From NCBI GenBank assembly GCA_030265395.1, contig JARFYF010000029.1:25768480-25832479 (forward strand): a DNA stretch of 64,000 nucleotides, given 5' to 3'. Below are positions 50,571 through 64,000 of the stretch, piece by piece (within the stretch, counting starts at the first letter, position 1; every line of letters starts with the position of its first letter). The notes under the pieces were generated by a model that saw nothing but the letters and a program-made list of their open reading frames with translations, made no database searches and was not told the DNA's origin. This DNA is from Rhina ancylostomus. Taxonomy: Eukaryota. A program made the translations under genes and the position numbers.

Positions 50571-52479
50571 AGAAAGATGAGAATCTAGGAGGAGTTGTAA
50601 AAAAAAATCTGTCTCTAAATTCAAAGCAATTTTAGCATTGGAGCTGTTTCTTATATGTATCTTTCTATGTCGGGTAGCACAAGAGGATTAGCTTTAGACA
50701 ATTCCTATTAGCTTTGCTGCATTGGTTGAGGAAATAACTCATCTTGACTTGGTAGATATTGTGCTGGTTTCAGCTAACTTGTAAGCAGTCATTCCACATT
50801 TCCATAAGTGGTACAAGTTTACTCTTGTGACGAATGGGGAATCTCCACTTCGCATCAATGGTCATTCGAAAATCCTACAAACTACTTCCATATGCTATTT
50901 TGAAGGTGATTTAAATGAACTCTGTGAAGTTTCTGACAGAGTACCACTTGACTGCACAATTTAAGACTTTTTTTAATCTCTAAAATATTTTGTTGCTCTG
51001 CTCCTGTGCCAAATGACAAACAAAAAAATGTAGAATTTAAATTGATTTAAAAGTTAGACTGCTTGACAGGTCATTTGAGTGGATGAACTGACAAGGCGGC
51101 CCTTGAATATGGATGGTTTGGATTCCTGCGAACTGGACAGTGTTCAATATTGTGAATTTGAATGATGCGGGCTTTTGCAGCAAACCTGGGGCCAGTAGAA
51201 TTCCCAGCTCCTAACAAGATTCAGTTTAAATGAGATTACAGAGATGGCTGTTGTTTCAGTTGAAATAGTGTTTAAAAATGCAACAAGAATTTGTGGAGAG
51301 ATGAGCTGGACCCCAACAGAAAACTACTGCTACAAGTATTAGGATGATTAGAAAAAGAAACTTATTTATTGGCTTTGATTTATGACGTTGAATCGCCATG
51401 GGTTTTATTTGCAATTACTGATGGTGCATTATTTACAGTGGACAGCTGTGTGATACATTTTCACATTAAACACGGTGCCCTTTTCTGAAGTTAGATACGC
51501 TGAGAGTGCTGTCAGCTTTACGTTAAGCAGCAGCTCAGAACAGTATCATTTGACATATTCCTAGGAGCAGGCTTCTGTTTCTTTGTTGTTGACCTTCATA
51601 ACGTGTTTTGGAACATGAGCTTTGTCAAATTGGTTAGTCATAAAAGTCAAAGCTTGCTTCACTATTCTAGAAATCTAAATCAGATGTCAAACTGTGAATA
51701 GTTTAGATCTAAAAGATATTCTTACAATTTTGATAGAAGAAGCAGACAATCAGATCCAATATTTGTGATGAGTGTACCTGTATGTAAAAAGACAGATGGG
51801 CATTTGATGCTTAACATTCAGGTTGGATTGATAGTAGGTACTAAGTCTCATTTTTATTTATGAATTTTATACAGTGTTAGATCTCCATATGAAGGAACAC
51901 ACAGGTTACCAATATAATGCCTTAAAAGATTTAACTTGATCAGTCCAGCTAAGGCCACCGTAACTTCAACATCAATCCACATTATCATAGGGAATTAGGC
52001 AAAGATTGTGGACGCTTTGGGGAAAAATAGCCCAAGATTATCAGGTAATAACAGGACTTATTTAAACAAAAATTGACCAAGGGACATGTGGCAATGTACC
52101 TTGGTTAAAAAGAAAGGGTAATAATAAAATAAACCAAAATTGTTAATTTATCACTTCATATAACAAAACAACCAAAACAGAAATATTTTTATAGGCAAGG
52201 TAAATGCCTCTAAATATAATTGCAAATTGATATCATTCTCACGGCAATGAAATCTGTCTTTCAGCGGCCTAAACAGGCATAGCAGTGTCTTTTTGCAGCT
52301 GTGCTATAGTCCAGCAAGGCCCCAAGCAAAGTGTTACATGGGAAAAGCATAATTTGATGCACAACTGATTCAGCTGGATGTTGCAAAGAAGCCAATCAAA
52401 TTTTCAATATGGCACAAACATGGGAATAGTCATTATCACCTTTCACTATTTACTAAGTACATACTTAGTCTTGAACAAA

Positions 52480-53000
52480 GATCCAACCAGTTTCCCTCTG
52501 CTCACACACTCATCAGCATGGCAGGATTGTCCTTGCCCTCACAACTTCACTTTCAATTCCTCCTACTTTCTGCATTAGCCATGAGCACTTGCATGGACCC
52601 TACCTATGTCTGTCTTTTTGTTGGCTACATGGTACAGTCCTTGTTTCAAGCCTATTTCAGCATCCCCAATTTCTTTCTCTGCCACATCGATGACTGCATC
52701 AGTGCTGCTTCCAGCACTTGTGCAGAACTTGGCAATTTCATCACCTTTGTCACCAACTTCCACCCTGCCCTCAAATCCATCTGTACCATCTCTGACACTT
52801 CCTTTTCCAGATCTCTGTCTCCATCTCAGGAGATAGACTTGCCTCTGACATTTTTTTGTAAAACCACCAGCTCCCACCCTACCTTCTGGAAGGATGCAAT
52901 CCCTTTCTCTCAATTTCTCCATCTGAAATGCATCTATTCTCAAGAGGCCTTCTGTTCTTAGACTTCTGAAATGTCCTCCTCCTTCTGGAAATGTGGCTTC
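52480..53000 (+). mobile_element. Penelope-like element reverse transcriptase fragment
   Basis: ORF 52518..52961 has AMSTCMDPTYVCLFVGYMVQSLF...FLCHIDDCISAASSTCAELGNFITFVTNFHPALK, matching PLE RT (AMGTxMGPSYACLF..RYIDD..FHPALKFT). Confidence 0.88.
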
Positions 53001-54124
53001 ACTAAAAAAACCATTTTTTACCGTGACTTTACCTCTATGTCACTAAAGTGCTAAAAGGAAAGAACTTGGGCCTTCCCTTAACCATCTGAGACCAGCACTA
53101 TACGCCACACCAGTAACGCCAGAGTGCCCATGTACAACAAGTACAAGTGAAAGATGGAAATGGTTTTTAATGGAATGGAATTAATATATCTTATCAGGAA
53201 CAATGCTGAGTGATGACTTAAAGACAGCTGAAAGGGTTATTTGACCGATGTTAAATTGACTGTGGTCAATTTAAAAACCCAGGTTTTCAAGGCTGTATGA
53301 TGTGGAGGGATGGGAGACTAATTTAGAGGATTCTATTGGAAGGTATCTTACCATCTGCCTGATTAATGCCCCACTGTCTCTGGTGACCTTGGGCACCCAG
53401 CCACAGAAGGTCCAGGTATTTTTATGATTTTTTAAAAAGTTTACTTGTGCATCAGGAGAACCAGCAGTGTGTGAGGACATGGAGATAAAGTAACATCCAA
53501 AGGTTTGAGAATCAATGACATGGAGAAACAACCAACAACAGGGTGGGAATAAAAAGTATTGATAAAGCATTGTAGGTGGTTCATCAGAAGGAAAAGGATA
53601 GGAAAACATTTAGTTAAAGTAAAACATGGTTATCTTAATCACAACTGAAAACAGGCATTTTAAACTGCCTGTTTTCTGAATGCAAGAACACAAAAGTAAA
53701 CAATTGATTAACTGATGCCCAGTGGCTATATGAAACTTCTGTATTTTTGGAGAGAAATATCATCTCCCCTCAGCTGCACATAGCTACCAGTAAAGTTCAA
53801 AAGAGAATTTGAACCTGTTTAGAAATAATTGCACTCCAGTACTATTGTTGCAAATCCGATTGTCATGTTTTCAGAAGTAGATGCTGCTGCTGATCCAATT
53901 TGCAGCATTACATTTTTCACCAGCAGCTGATGTGTTTCTGAAGAAGAGGATGTCATTGTGGATTATTTTTGATTTGAAAATTGCCTCTAATTGTCCACAG
54001 AATTTTGGTACATAAATATTTGAATCTAAATGTTACAGAAAAAATTATAGATTGCTGAAATCCAATCCGTCCATTGTGATTTCTATGGTATGCTATTAAA
54101 TCCAAAACTGAGACCTTGTCCACT

Positions 54125-54166
54125 ACACTTGATAGGTTAACTCTCACACTTGATAGGTTAGCTTTC
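54125..54166. repeat. 21-bp tandem duplication (2 copies)
   Basis: acacttgataggttaactctc / acacttgataggttagctttc, 2 mismatches. Confidence 0.85.
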
Positions 54167-57100
54167 ACTCTGGATTAGATACATTCTGTTTTTTAAAAAA
54201 GTCACCTTTTTAATATTGCTCATTTTTATGTCATTGACATTTTCAAAATGACCCCAAAGTGAGTATTGCCATTATTAACTCAAGTATTTAATTTCTGTAT
54301 GCAATCATGTTGGCTAGTAACATATTTTGTATTATAATTTACTTAAATTGGGTACAACAGTATCATGATTTAAAACTCCATTTTCATTTGTATTCTGGCC
54401 TTCTGCTTTGCGTTGACTTTATTGTGCAACAATATCTTTGCTAAACTTAACTGTCAATTTGGTTTTAATCATCAAACTAAAGTATGGAGATAAGTTAGCT
54501 TTGTACCTGTCTCACCTTTGACAATTGAGAAATGCACGTTTTAAAAAAAAATGTAATGAGAAATAACAGGTGCCATCTCAAATTTAAAAAAAAGTTTATT
54601 CTGAAATTATTTGGGAAAAGGAGAGTTCAGAGTTTGAAATGGTTGGAGGTGGCTATTGATTGATAATAGTGGCATGACAATCATGTTTTGGACCAATATT
54701 AGTTTATAAGTAGTACTATATAATTTCTATTCATGCACTAAGGTTGTTAAATTCTCAGTTAAAATAATCCATGAAATGTGTGTGACTTTTTGGCTGTAAT
54801 GTATTCAGTTATGTAAGTGCTTGTGATATTCCCCGGAAGAGAAGTTAATATACGTTTGTTTTCAAAGTCCATGGAATTCAGTTAAATTGAAGTTACTGCT
54901 GACACCTTTCGCACTGCTGTTGTCAAAGCATTCGTCTTTTTAGCTGACTTTAATCTTCCAGGTGCCAACCTAAACTTCTTTTCTGTCACCATCCTTCATG
55001 CTGCTGTTGAATAGCTTCCTGCCAAAATCAACTGCTTCTAATTGTGGGAAGGCTGTTTCATGCAGAAAAGATTACTTCTCTGAGAAACAACACTTTACTG
55101 CCAAGAATGACTGCTCCCCAAAGGAAAATAACCAATTCTTTTTGATGATAAATGGTTTCCTTACGAAAGAGATTGCCTACCTGCCAAGAACGATCTGTCT
55201 TGCTTATAAACAAAAATTGTGTCAAAAATAATTGCTTTTGTTGATCTGTACTGGAGGGAAACATAGTGAATCTATATGCATGAGCAGTCGTTAAGTTTCA
55301 GAAATTGACCCTGCAAGGTGCTTGCTAAAAGTATGACTGGTTTTCAGTCACTTTTGAATAATTATTAAATGGACACCTAAAGATTGACTGATTTGTATTC
55401 CTCTTTTGTTGGTTATTTCTTTCTATTGATTGAAAGTACACCAAAATACATTCATGTTGCTAGGTGGGAATGGGTTTTGGAGTGCAGATTTAGCTGAATA
55501 CGTTTCAGTTTCAAAAATATCTGTTATGCCTATAATAATCATACTTCTAAAACTTTAAAAATTCCACCCATAAGTGGCTTTTCAACAAGGCTCATGAAGA
55601 AGAGAACATGCTGCTCTTGAAATTCACACAAAGTTGGGAGAATCAACAGGATAAAGCTAGCTTTCCATTCAGACATGGTGTTGTTGAAATACATCATCAT
55701 TGCCCATTCTTCAGGGAGTTGCAAAAGAAGTTTTAATAGACAATCCCTTAGGCCTATCTTTGGGAGATTCCCTCTGACCCTGACAACAACGCAGGCTAAC
55801 CCCAGGTGATGGCAGTAATTTGTATCAAGAATCTCAGTAATCCCTCATTTATCCTTTGCATGTTGGTTTTTCTTCCTCAACTCTCAGGGAGGGTTCCTTT
55901 GAAGGATTGAATTGAATCTGTATTTAATGCACATTTATTAATCCATTTCAGAGGTGCTTATACTTTGTGGAGAGAAATAACCTGTAACTTAATCCATGTT
56001 TTTTAAACTATGTGCTGAGTCTTGATACTTGTCCCTTTACCATTGAGATCAAATAGCCCAAGCACTCAACCAGAACTAACCCGCAAATTAAAGTCTCAAA
56101 AGCCTTAGTCATTATCTCAAAGGTAATAAAAGCAATATTACAGTTTATATGTGGCAATGTGAAACCAGCTGATATCTTTTACCTGTCTGCCGCTTGATAA
56201 TTTTATCAGGTAAATGTGAAATCCCACCAATAATATCCAAATCATTGGAGAACAAAGAAATGAATATGTATTTTTGTCAAGAAACTACAAATAAATGAAA
56301 GTTTACCTTGGAGATTGGTTTATTCATAGCTTCAATGAAGAAATAGCCCAAGACGGTGTCATGCTCACTCTAGAAACTTTTATATAGTTAGAACTCCTAA
56401 TGAGTTTGATGAAATCCATGTTGTAGTCTCACAAGATAGTACCTTAAAGAGGTCAGGGTATTCCTGTCAGAGAACCAGCTTAGAGGAAATGTAGCTGCCT
56501 GATGTGATTTATCAACTGCTTGGGTCCTATGTCAAGTCAGCCCAAGAGGATTTGAAATAATGGTAACAGCAATCTTACGCAGCAGAGAAGCAAAACTCAG
56601 AAGACACAATTGACTGACACAGTTGTTTTCATAAATGCTGTCTCTTGCATAAGTCATTGAGGAACAATTACACTTTGTTTAAACTAAACTTCTCTTGGTG
56701 TGGAAATTAAAGTATTTTTGTCAATGTCCCCATACTTTTCAAAGTGATTAAAAGTGAAGGAGCAATAGTTTTCAGTCGTCAAGATTTTTGTTTTATTCCT
56801 AATGATAAGTTGTTACTGAAATAAGAANNNNNNNNNNNNNNNNNNNNNNNNNNNNNNNNNNNNNNNNNNNNNNNNNNNNNNNNNNNNNNNNNNNNNNNNN
56901 NNNNNNNNNNNNNNNNNNNNNNNNNNNNNNNNNNNNNNNNNNNNNNNNNNNNNNNNNNNTTTTCCTAAAGGCATTTTCAATGATATTTTACATATGTTTT
57001 ACCACCAGTAACATCAGATTAACTTTGCTCTTCAGTGTTGGCTCACTTACTATTACTGCAGAAAATATTTTGTTGGGATTTTATATTGATTGTAAGACAA

Positions 57101-57259
57101 TCCCCTGAAGGCAGATTTCGGATTTGGATTCTTAGATGCTGTGTAGAGGGCTCCTTTTTTATTTTGTGTTACGGGATTTTCATTATATAATTTTCACATT
57201 TTGCCTTCCTTTGCAACAATTCTCATATGTCCCTTGGAGCAAGAGACTGATAAAAACAA

Positions 57260-58650
57260 TATTTTGGCACTTGAGTGAGAATCAAATTACTAGGAGAGAG
57301 AATTTACAAGACTCAAAGCCAGAATATTTACAACAGAGGGCAAAAATAATAGAGAAGGTAGAGGAGAAATAGGGATGGTGCAAACAGATGATATTCGCTC
57401 ATAATTCATCGCTTCCTCCTCCAGAAGCAAACATTAAAGAGGTAATTAAAGGACTTTTAGAAAATTGTAAGACAATTAAGCACGGTGAAAATGATTTTAA
57501 GAAATTGTGTTTGACACACTTTCTGGAATTCTTTGGGGATGTAGCAAACTGGGTAGATATAGTGTATTTAGATTTAGAGAAGGCATTCAGTAAGGTGCCA
57601 CATAAAAGGTACTGCACAAGATAAGATTGCATGGGGTTTGGGGTAGTATATTGCTACAGATAAAGGATTGGCTAATTAACAAAGCAAAGAGTGGGGATAA
57701 ATGGGAAAGTTTTGTTTTGAGAATTGGTAACAGGTGGAGTGTGACTGGAATCAGCTGTTTATAATTTGCTAATGACTTGATGAAGGAAGTCAGTGTACTT
57801 TCACTAAATATGCTGTTGAAATAAAGAATGGGTATTCTAGCAAGTTTGAGGAGGATACAAAGAACCTGCAAAGGGATTTAGACAGGTTCAGGGAGTGGGC
57901 AACAAGTTGGAAAATGGAGTATAATTTGGGAATGTGTGAGGTTACCTACTCTAGAAGGAAGAACAAAATAAGTTTTTGTTTACATAAACAGCGAGACTGC
58001 AAAATGCTGTGGTACAAAGTAATCTGGAAGCCCCAGTGCATGAAACACAAAAGATCAGCATGTAGACACATTAAGTAATTGGGAGGGCTAATGCAATGTT
58101 GGCTTTTTTTTTCTGCAAGTGCATGAAGTATTAAAATAAGAATGTTTATAGAGCAACAGTGAGACTGCATGTGGAGTATAGCTTTGGTTTTCATATTTAC
58201 CAAAGGATGTACTTGCCTTGGAGAGAGTGCAGATAAGGTTCACTAGGTTGATTCCTGTGATAAAGAGGGATTAAGCAGGTCAGCTCTATATTCAGTGGAG
58301 TATGGGAAAAATTATAGGTGGTCTTATTGAAACATGGGATTGATAGAATGGCTATTTTCCCTACTCGGGGGGATCTAAAACTGGTGAGCATAGTTTCAGA
58401 ATAAAAGATTGCTTATTTAAAGCAGAGATGAGGAGGAAATTGTTTTCTTAGAGGGTTGTGATTCTTGGAATTCTCTACCCCACAGAGCTGTGGAGGTGGA
58501 GTCATTGAATATATTCAAGGTGAAGGTTGAATGACATTTGAAATACTGGGGAGTATTTCAGAGAGGCCAAGATTGGATCAGCCATGATCTTACTGAATGG
58601 CAGGTCAGGCTTCCAGGGCCAATTGCCTACAACTGCTGTTTCTTATCTGC
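57260..58650 (+). mobile_element. CR1 LINE RT to 3' tail, degenerate
   Basis: ORF 57388..57624 has LCLTHFLEFFGDV...VDIVYLDLEKAFSKVPHKR. Downstream LQRDLDRFREWATSWKMEYN-like sequence, then the tail gatcagccatgatcttactgaatggcaggtcaggc. Confidence 0.9.
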
Positions 58651-59599
58651 CTTTTTGAGTGATCCATATGGAACTGTCTCTGACCTTCAGTTTGTAAAAA
58701 AGATAAATCTATTCTGAACTATTTCCAGAATTTAGTTGAAAATTATCAAAACAATTCTTTAATAAAAGCCATTGAGATGAGTTATATTATTTGTTTCTCC
58801 TTACCAGCTGGTGTTTAAGAAATTCTAAAAGTGATAGGAATAGAGGTTGGAGTATCTAAATTTATCAAGCCAATATTTTGAGTTTCAGTAACAACTGAGT
58901 TCAGATTCCTCGACCTGCACCCAAATGCTTTCATTCAGATTACATTGCTATCCTGCTAATTGAAACCTTGGACAGGAACAATCCTTCATGTATGCATGTG
59001 AGTTTTAAGTTCATCTGTGGCTTATCCAGAGTTCATCAAAGACCTTTCTGACAAAATATATTGTGTTCTATTCAATTATAAATGGTAGATGGCTCAAAAA
59101 TTTGACCAGATGGATGTGAATTGAAATGGGTAATTTTTAATTCCATGATCAAGTGGGTTTTAAAACAGGTACAGGATTAAATCTGCAAAGAGTATCAGTA
59201 GGTCAGAAAACTTGCGTGATTTTGTTGACTTCTGTATTTAACTGAAGTGTATCGGGTCATAATTGGGGAAACTTTCTTGGGAGAGGAGAGTTGACAATTT
59301 AAATATTGTAATTACTTTTCAGAGTCGAGTGTGAACTTATTGTTGGATGCTTACCTTTTGTGAAACTCGACAATGAAACTATTGCAGGAGCAGTGAGACA
59401 GTTGATGGGGGCTGGAAATCCAATCTTACTACATACACTGCAGTCTCAAAGCTGTTGCCTTGAGTGCCTCTGTGAAAGTTTATCTTCAGAGGGATTGTGT
59501 TGCTTCTCGGGAAAATTTTTTTCAAAAGAAATTAAGTTAAATTTGTGAACTTTGCTATTCAATTTATTCACACTTTTGGAACTGACCTCTTGGTTATTG

Positions 59600-60570
59600 A
59601 TTTGAGCAGCTCTCTGGGTTGTCTTGTTCCTTTTACAGAAAGGCTGTGAGTCCCAGGGAAGGTGTAGGCTGGACCACCACTGGATCTTCAGGAAGAGCAG
59701 CAAGCTCCAGAATTGATAGGTGCAGCTCACAGGAGGCCATGCCCTGCAGGGAGGGTAGACAGCTGTTTTCTGGATACATTGGAAGTTGGATTCTGAGGAG
59801 GGTTAGGCTATCATGCCAGTGGTAGCAGATTTCTGCAGAAGATCTGCCACCTCTTGGACCTGCAGGACACAGTCTGCTCGTGGCCATTAAGTTGACTTCC
59901 CAACCTTCCAGGATCATGATGGCAACAGATGTAAGGTTTTATGATCAGCTAGTTGTAAATGCTTCAGGCAAGTAACAGATGCTTATTTTCAATGGCTGAC
60001 AGTTAACTACCAATAATGAATGAGTAGCAGTTTGAGTTTGCAGCTCCCACTGGTCTCCCATAGCTGCAGGGAATCATCAACTGCACTTGTGGCAATACAA
60101 GCGTAAGTTCACCTCCAGAGCTCTCAGTAACTGAAATGCTTCATTCTGTCAATGATCTGGTGTTTTGTAACTTCAAGATAACCTTTCTCCAGATGTGCAT
60201 GACACCAGGGTGGCTGCCATGATTTGGTCTTCTTGCAGTCATCCACCTACTTCAAGTAACCTGAAGAAATAACTGCTTGAGCATGGCTGATGGTCCCAAT
60301 GAGGAGCTCGGATAATAAAGCACAAAGACACTGGAACCAAAGTCATCTGTCTACCAGCAATGTAATTGAACAAGCCAAATGCTGAAAATGCATTGCGGGT
60401 GTTCTGACTGCTCTGAAGGTGGCTTTTCATGCACATGAGCCAAGGTGTAATGCTCAATATTGTGCCGTCATGAGGATTGGATGTATATACAAGCCTGAGG
60501 TGCCACTGCCTTCTTGAATGAGGAGGAGGAGGAAGAAAATGCAGAGCCTCAGGAGCAGGGAGCATAGATC
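59600..60570 (+). mobile_element. Decayed PIF/Harbinger DDE transposase
   Basis: Collinear frameshifted motifs: LPPLGPAGHSLLVAIKLT (~59845-59898), LQGIINCT (~60064-60087), CHDLVFLQS (~60214-60241) and QRHWNQSHLSTSNVIEQA..MLKMHCGCSDCSEG (~60323-60420; cf. YNxxHxxTRxxIEQxxGxLKxRFRCLD). Confidence 0.75.
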
Positions 60571-60624
60571 CAGGGGTGGTGTCTGGGGTGCCCTCGTAGT
60601 TTTAACATCTATCTTTCTAATCTA

Positions 60625-60850
60625 TTTTTCAGAAAATGGCTATTGCTGGAAAGGCCAGAATTTCCCTTGAGATGGTGGTGATAAAAGTACTTCTGCATAG
60701 TTTTGCAGGGAGTTCCAGGATTTGGACCCAGAGATGATGAAGGAATATTTCAAGAGAAAATACATAAATGTGGAAAAGGAGTGGACTGGAACAGTCCAAG
60801 AGCAGCTGCTGCTAAAAGACTCTTAATCCCATTGGAAGTAAGTTGCATCT
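60625..60850 (-). mobile_element. LINE 3' tail fragment (family of 2720-3460)
   Basis: ttgctggaaaggccag..cccttgagatggtggtg..ggggagttccaggatttggacccagagatgatgaaggaa. Confidence 0.55.
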
Positions 60851-63124
60851 TTCCTGTTGACCAACAGTCTTATAGCTATTTATTTCTGTTAAAAAGCTAT
60901 AGATTCAGTGTACCATTATTGCTGTGTTTTTTCTTCATGTGTGAATGCGATTTCTGCAATTTTAAATCCTGCGTGTATGCAGGCTGCAATGCAGGAACAT
61001 TTCTTTGCAGGGCTTATGAAGAATGGCGAGGTGAAGTAAATCTTTTTATGTAAAGTACTCACCGTTCAGCCTCCTAACATCAGTCCTGGTTGCTATTCAA
61101 ATTCTACCTAGTTCAATCCTTCCATGATAATCTGTTACCCAGTGTTGTTGAACATTAATTTATTGTTCTGTACCCCACCTACCAATCTTGTGGCCTAAAT
61201 CCCACTGGAAACCAACCTGCTCCCTCCCAAATTAATCTCCCAAGTTACCTCTTCCCCAAATTGCCAACAGATATTAGCACACCTATCAATCCCCAGTCCA
61301 AATCCCCGACCAATCCCAACTTGATCCTCTCTTGCTGCTCGCTAGCAGTCTTACCCAATCTCCATGTAATCATTGGGTTTACCCTGTCCTCCTGACCTCC
61401 TAGCCAACCATCCAGCACACTTCCTGGCCCTCCCTCCCTCCCTCCCTTCCCATGAATACTCATAGTGTTCTTTGTGAACTCTGCAATGGTAGACTCTGCT
61501 AAGGAAAGGCCTTTCCCACCCTGTGCCTTGTGCACTTGTCAAATTTGCAGCCACAGGCTTGTTGCTCTCCTCCCCATTAATGGGTCTAAGCAGGCACCAT
61601 CCAATTTCTGGGGAATGGTATGGTTTTCAAGCTGGAACATGCATGTTTGTTCAGAAACATTTCAGTGAGAAATTGCTTTCTGAAATTGTCCTAGGAAGAC
61701 GTGATTGTTGTGTCTGAGAATGGTTAATTGGTAGCCCATGAGCACATAAAAATTACCTAATGTGGAAAGAACTTTGCAGCAGGATGATTGTTCATATTTC
61801 AAAGCAATAAGCAGAAAAAAACTGCAAATAACCAGGAAAAGACATGAAAATACAAATGCATCTGGGAATTCTAAGCAGATTGAGCACTTGAACAGGAGCC
61901 AGGGTTTGGCAAAAAGCCAATCTCTTTGCGTAAGCGTGGAAAGACTTAGTGTTCTAGAGAACTGAGCTGCTTAGAAACAAACTGTGTGGGTGTATTTGTG
62001 TGTTTCCTATAATATTCTGTGCTTGTCTCTGATGAGTAGCTCCAGCTAGCTTGAATATGTACTCGGTCTTGTCAATTTGCAGTAAAATAGTGCATGGTAT
62101 TTCAGGGGAAATAATGATAATAACAGCAAACATCATTAGGAAGAGATAAGGGCATGGGGCAAGAAGCTTTGTCAAAAAGATACACCAGTCTATTTAAGGC
62201 ACAAACCCAGATATGAGTGCAGATCTCATGAGAAGTAATTTTCCTTCTTGTTTCAGTGAATTGCTGTGTTGGCAATACTTTATCAGTGTAGTACGTGGAG
62301 AATAAAGCTGACTGAGCTCACTTGTGACATAATTAAAGTACTGTACGAATCATATTTATCTGTTACTCTACCTATGCAACAAAATATTACCTTTTTGTTT
62401 ATGAATTATACAGATCTTTGAAATGATAATTCCCGGTAGTGAAGTTTGGAAGTGAAGTGGTACAGATTTTGGTCAGTCACAATAATGCTCAAATAATTTT
62501 GGCAAGTAAATAAGAGAAAAGAATCAATTATTTTTAACCTACATTTGAAAATAGTGCTTACAGGTTCCCTTAATTAATAGTTTCATCTTCCTTTTCTATG
62601 TATTTTAGTTTTTAATTTTTCTTTCATTGAGTTGTTAATTTTTCTCTTTTTATACTTTAAATATTCTGCTTTGGAATTTTAAACATTATTGTAAAAGGGT
62701 TAGTACAGTTCTCCAATCGATATTTAGATGTTCACAGATTCCACAGAAATTTCTCACCTGTGAAAATGAAATACCAAACACAAAAAAAATTAGCAATTCA
62801 TCACAGAGTATTCAGATAATTTAAATACTATGGATGGAAGAACAACTTAATAGTGCCAAAGGATTATTTTTGATGATTATTTTTGCTTACGTGCACACCA
62901 ATGTTTAGAAATAGTATTTCAAAGAAGGAAAAAGCCATTACCAATTAATTTGTCAGTACTTATCCTCGGGTTTAAAATACTTTCCTTTCTTGATTGAACA
63001 GGTATTTTTCAAGCTTTGCAGACATTTTTGCCAGGAAATTGTTCTTTGGGTACCAAGAGTGTTGATTTAATTACATTAAAAAAAGAACAAGAAATTGACG
63101 AAGGATCAACAACTTGAGCCCTCA

Positions 63125-63325
63125 AGATCACAAGAAAATAGGAGCAGGAATAGGTCACCAGGCCCCTCAAGCCTGGCCTGCTATTCAACATGATCATGGC
63201 TGGTCTATGTTGGCCTCAATTCCTCTTCTGTGACAGTTCCCCATAATCTTCAATTCCTCAATCTTTCAAATATTTATCTATCTGCACCTTAAAAACAGAA
63301 ATCATCTGGCCTCCACCACCTGTGT
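63125..63325 (-). mobile_element. CR1 LINE 3' tail
   Basis: ataggagcaggaataggtcaccaggcccctcaagcctggcctgctattcaacatgatcatggctg, plus minus-strand VFKVQIDKYLKD. Confidence 0.8.
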
Positions 63326-63339
63326 TATAAAAGTCATAG

Positions 63340-63890
63340 ATGTTTTCTACTTCAGGAGAGTGGAATTCACCTGTTATTGACAGAGGGTCATATGTAGAAA
63401 GACCATGTGGATTTGTGAGGATTTCGGATATCCTGACTGTGAACAGTGAAGATGACTTCACTTATACTACCTTCGGGACACTACATTTGAATGCTGAATT
63501 ATCTGCAGCTGCAAAGACTCTGAATGTGCAGCTGCTCTGTGACCACATTCACAAAATCCTGATGGTCACTGTCAATCCCTGTTTGAGACACACAATGTTT
63601 CAATTTTGTGACAGAATGCTGTGCCTTCCATCTTTGAACAAATGCACCAGACCAAAGGTTGCTACTTGGAAAATCAAGGCTCTCCTTTTGCCATGCTGAA
63701 CTTGTCTCCAGTCCAAAACCAATAGACAAGAGGAGAATCCATTTGTAATTCGAGCCATACTTGTCATCTACATGTAACTAGATCATTGGTAATCTCTAGC
63801 AGCACTTTCATTGTCTGGACTATTTTGAATGTATATCACAGCAGACCAATTTGGCAAACCTGTGTTCACAACCTGGCAATAATGCAGGCT
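63340..63890 (+). mobile_element. Decayed PIF/Harbinger transposase fragment
   Basis: ORF 63340..63699 has ERPCGFVRISDILTVNSEDDFTY..TLNVQLLCDHIHKILMV (cf. GFxxIAGFPxVxGAIDCTH..SLNVQLVCDH). IIGNL*QHFHCLD lies at ~63782-63820. Confidence 0.7.
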
Positions 63891-64000
63891 CTGCCCTTGC
63901 TACCAGACATAGAGCAGGAGGGGAATGAAAAAAAAAAGTTGTTTCACCAAAGTTATATTTCTGGCACATACTTGAAGGTATACAAATTGCCCAGATGTGT

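Noticed and set aside
63820-63890. Second Deu-domain SINE (cagcagaccaatttggca)
   Set aside because: The match is short and continues directly from the Harbinger transposase remnant, which explains it better.
1-64000. CRISPR arrays, operons or prokaryotic defence systems
   Set aside because: The DNA is vertebrate, with spliced exons and LINE/SINE repeats. I saw no regularly spaced repeat-spacer array or dense ORF packing.

Overview
AT-rich, gapped (N-run) vertebrate genomic DNA, most likely from a shark or ray: it carries V-SINE/HE1-type SINEs, CR1 LINEs, a Deu-domain SINE, Penelope and decayed Harbinger elements. The only host gene I can support is the 3' part of MDFIC on the + strand. It has a phase-1/phase-1 internal exon at 14461-14721 and the canonical Cys-rich I-mfa-domain last exon at 26037-26291; the 5' exons were not found and probably lie upstream of the window. 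The main surprise is a second, diverged but intact I-mfa-domain exon at 24028-24299 inside the last intron. It has the same splice phase, its own stop codon and a plausible donor 21 nt after the stop, so the gene may switch between two Cys-rich C-terminal modules (in mammals this region binds and modulates PIEZO channels). The rest of the window is non-coding: repeat remnants, two solo LTRs of one family with intact 4-bp TSDs, and several motif-rich enhancer candidates. Repeat boundaries are approximate. Family assignments and comparisons with human proteins come from recalled motifs, not database searches.
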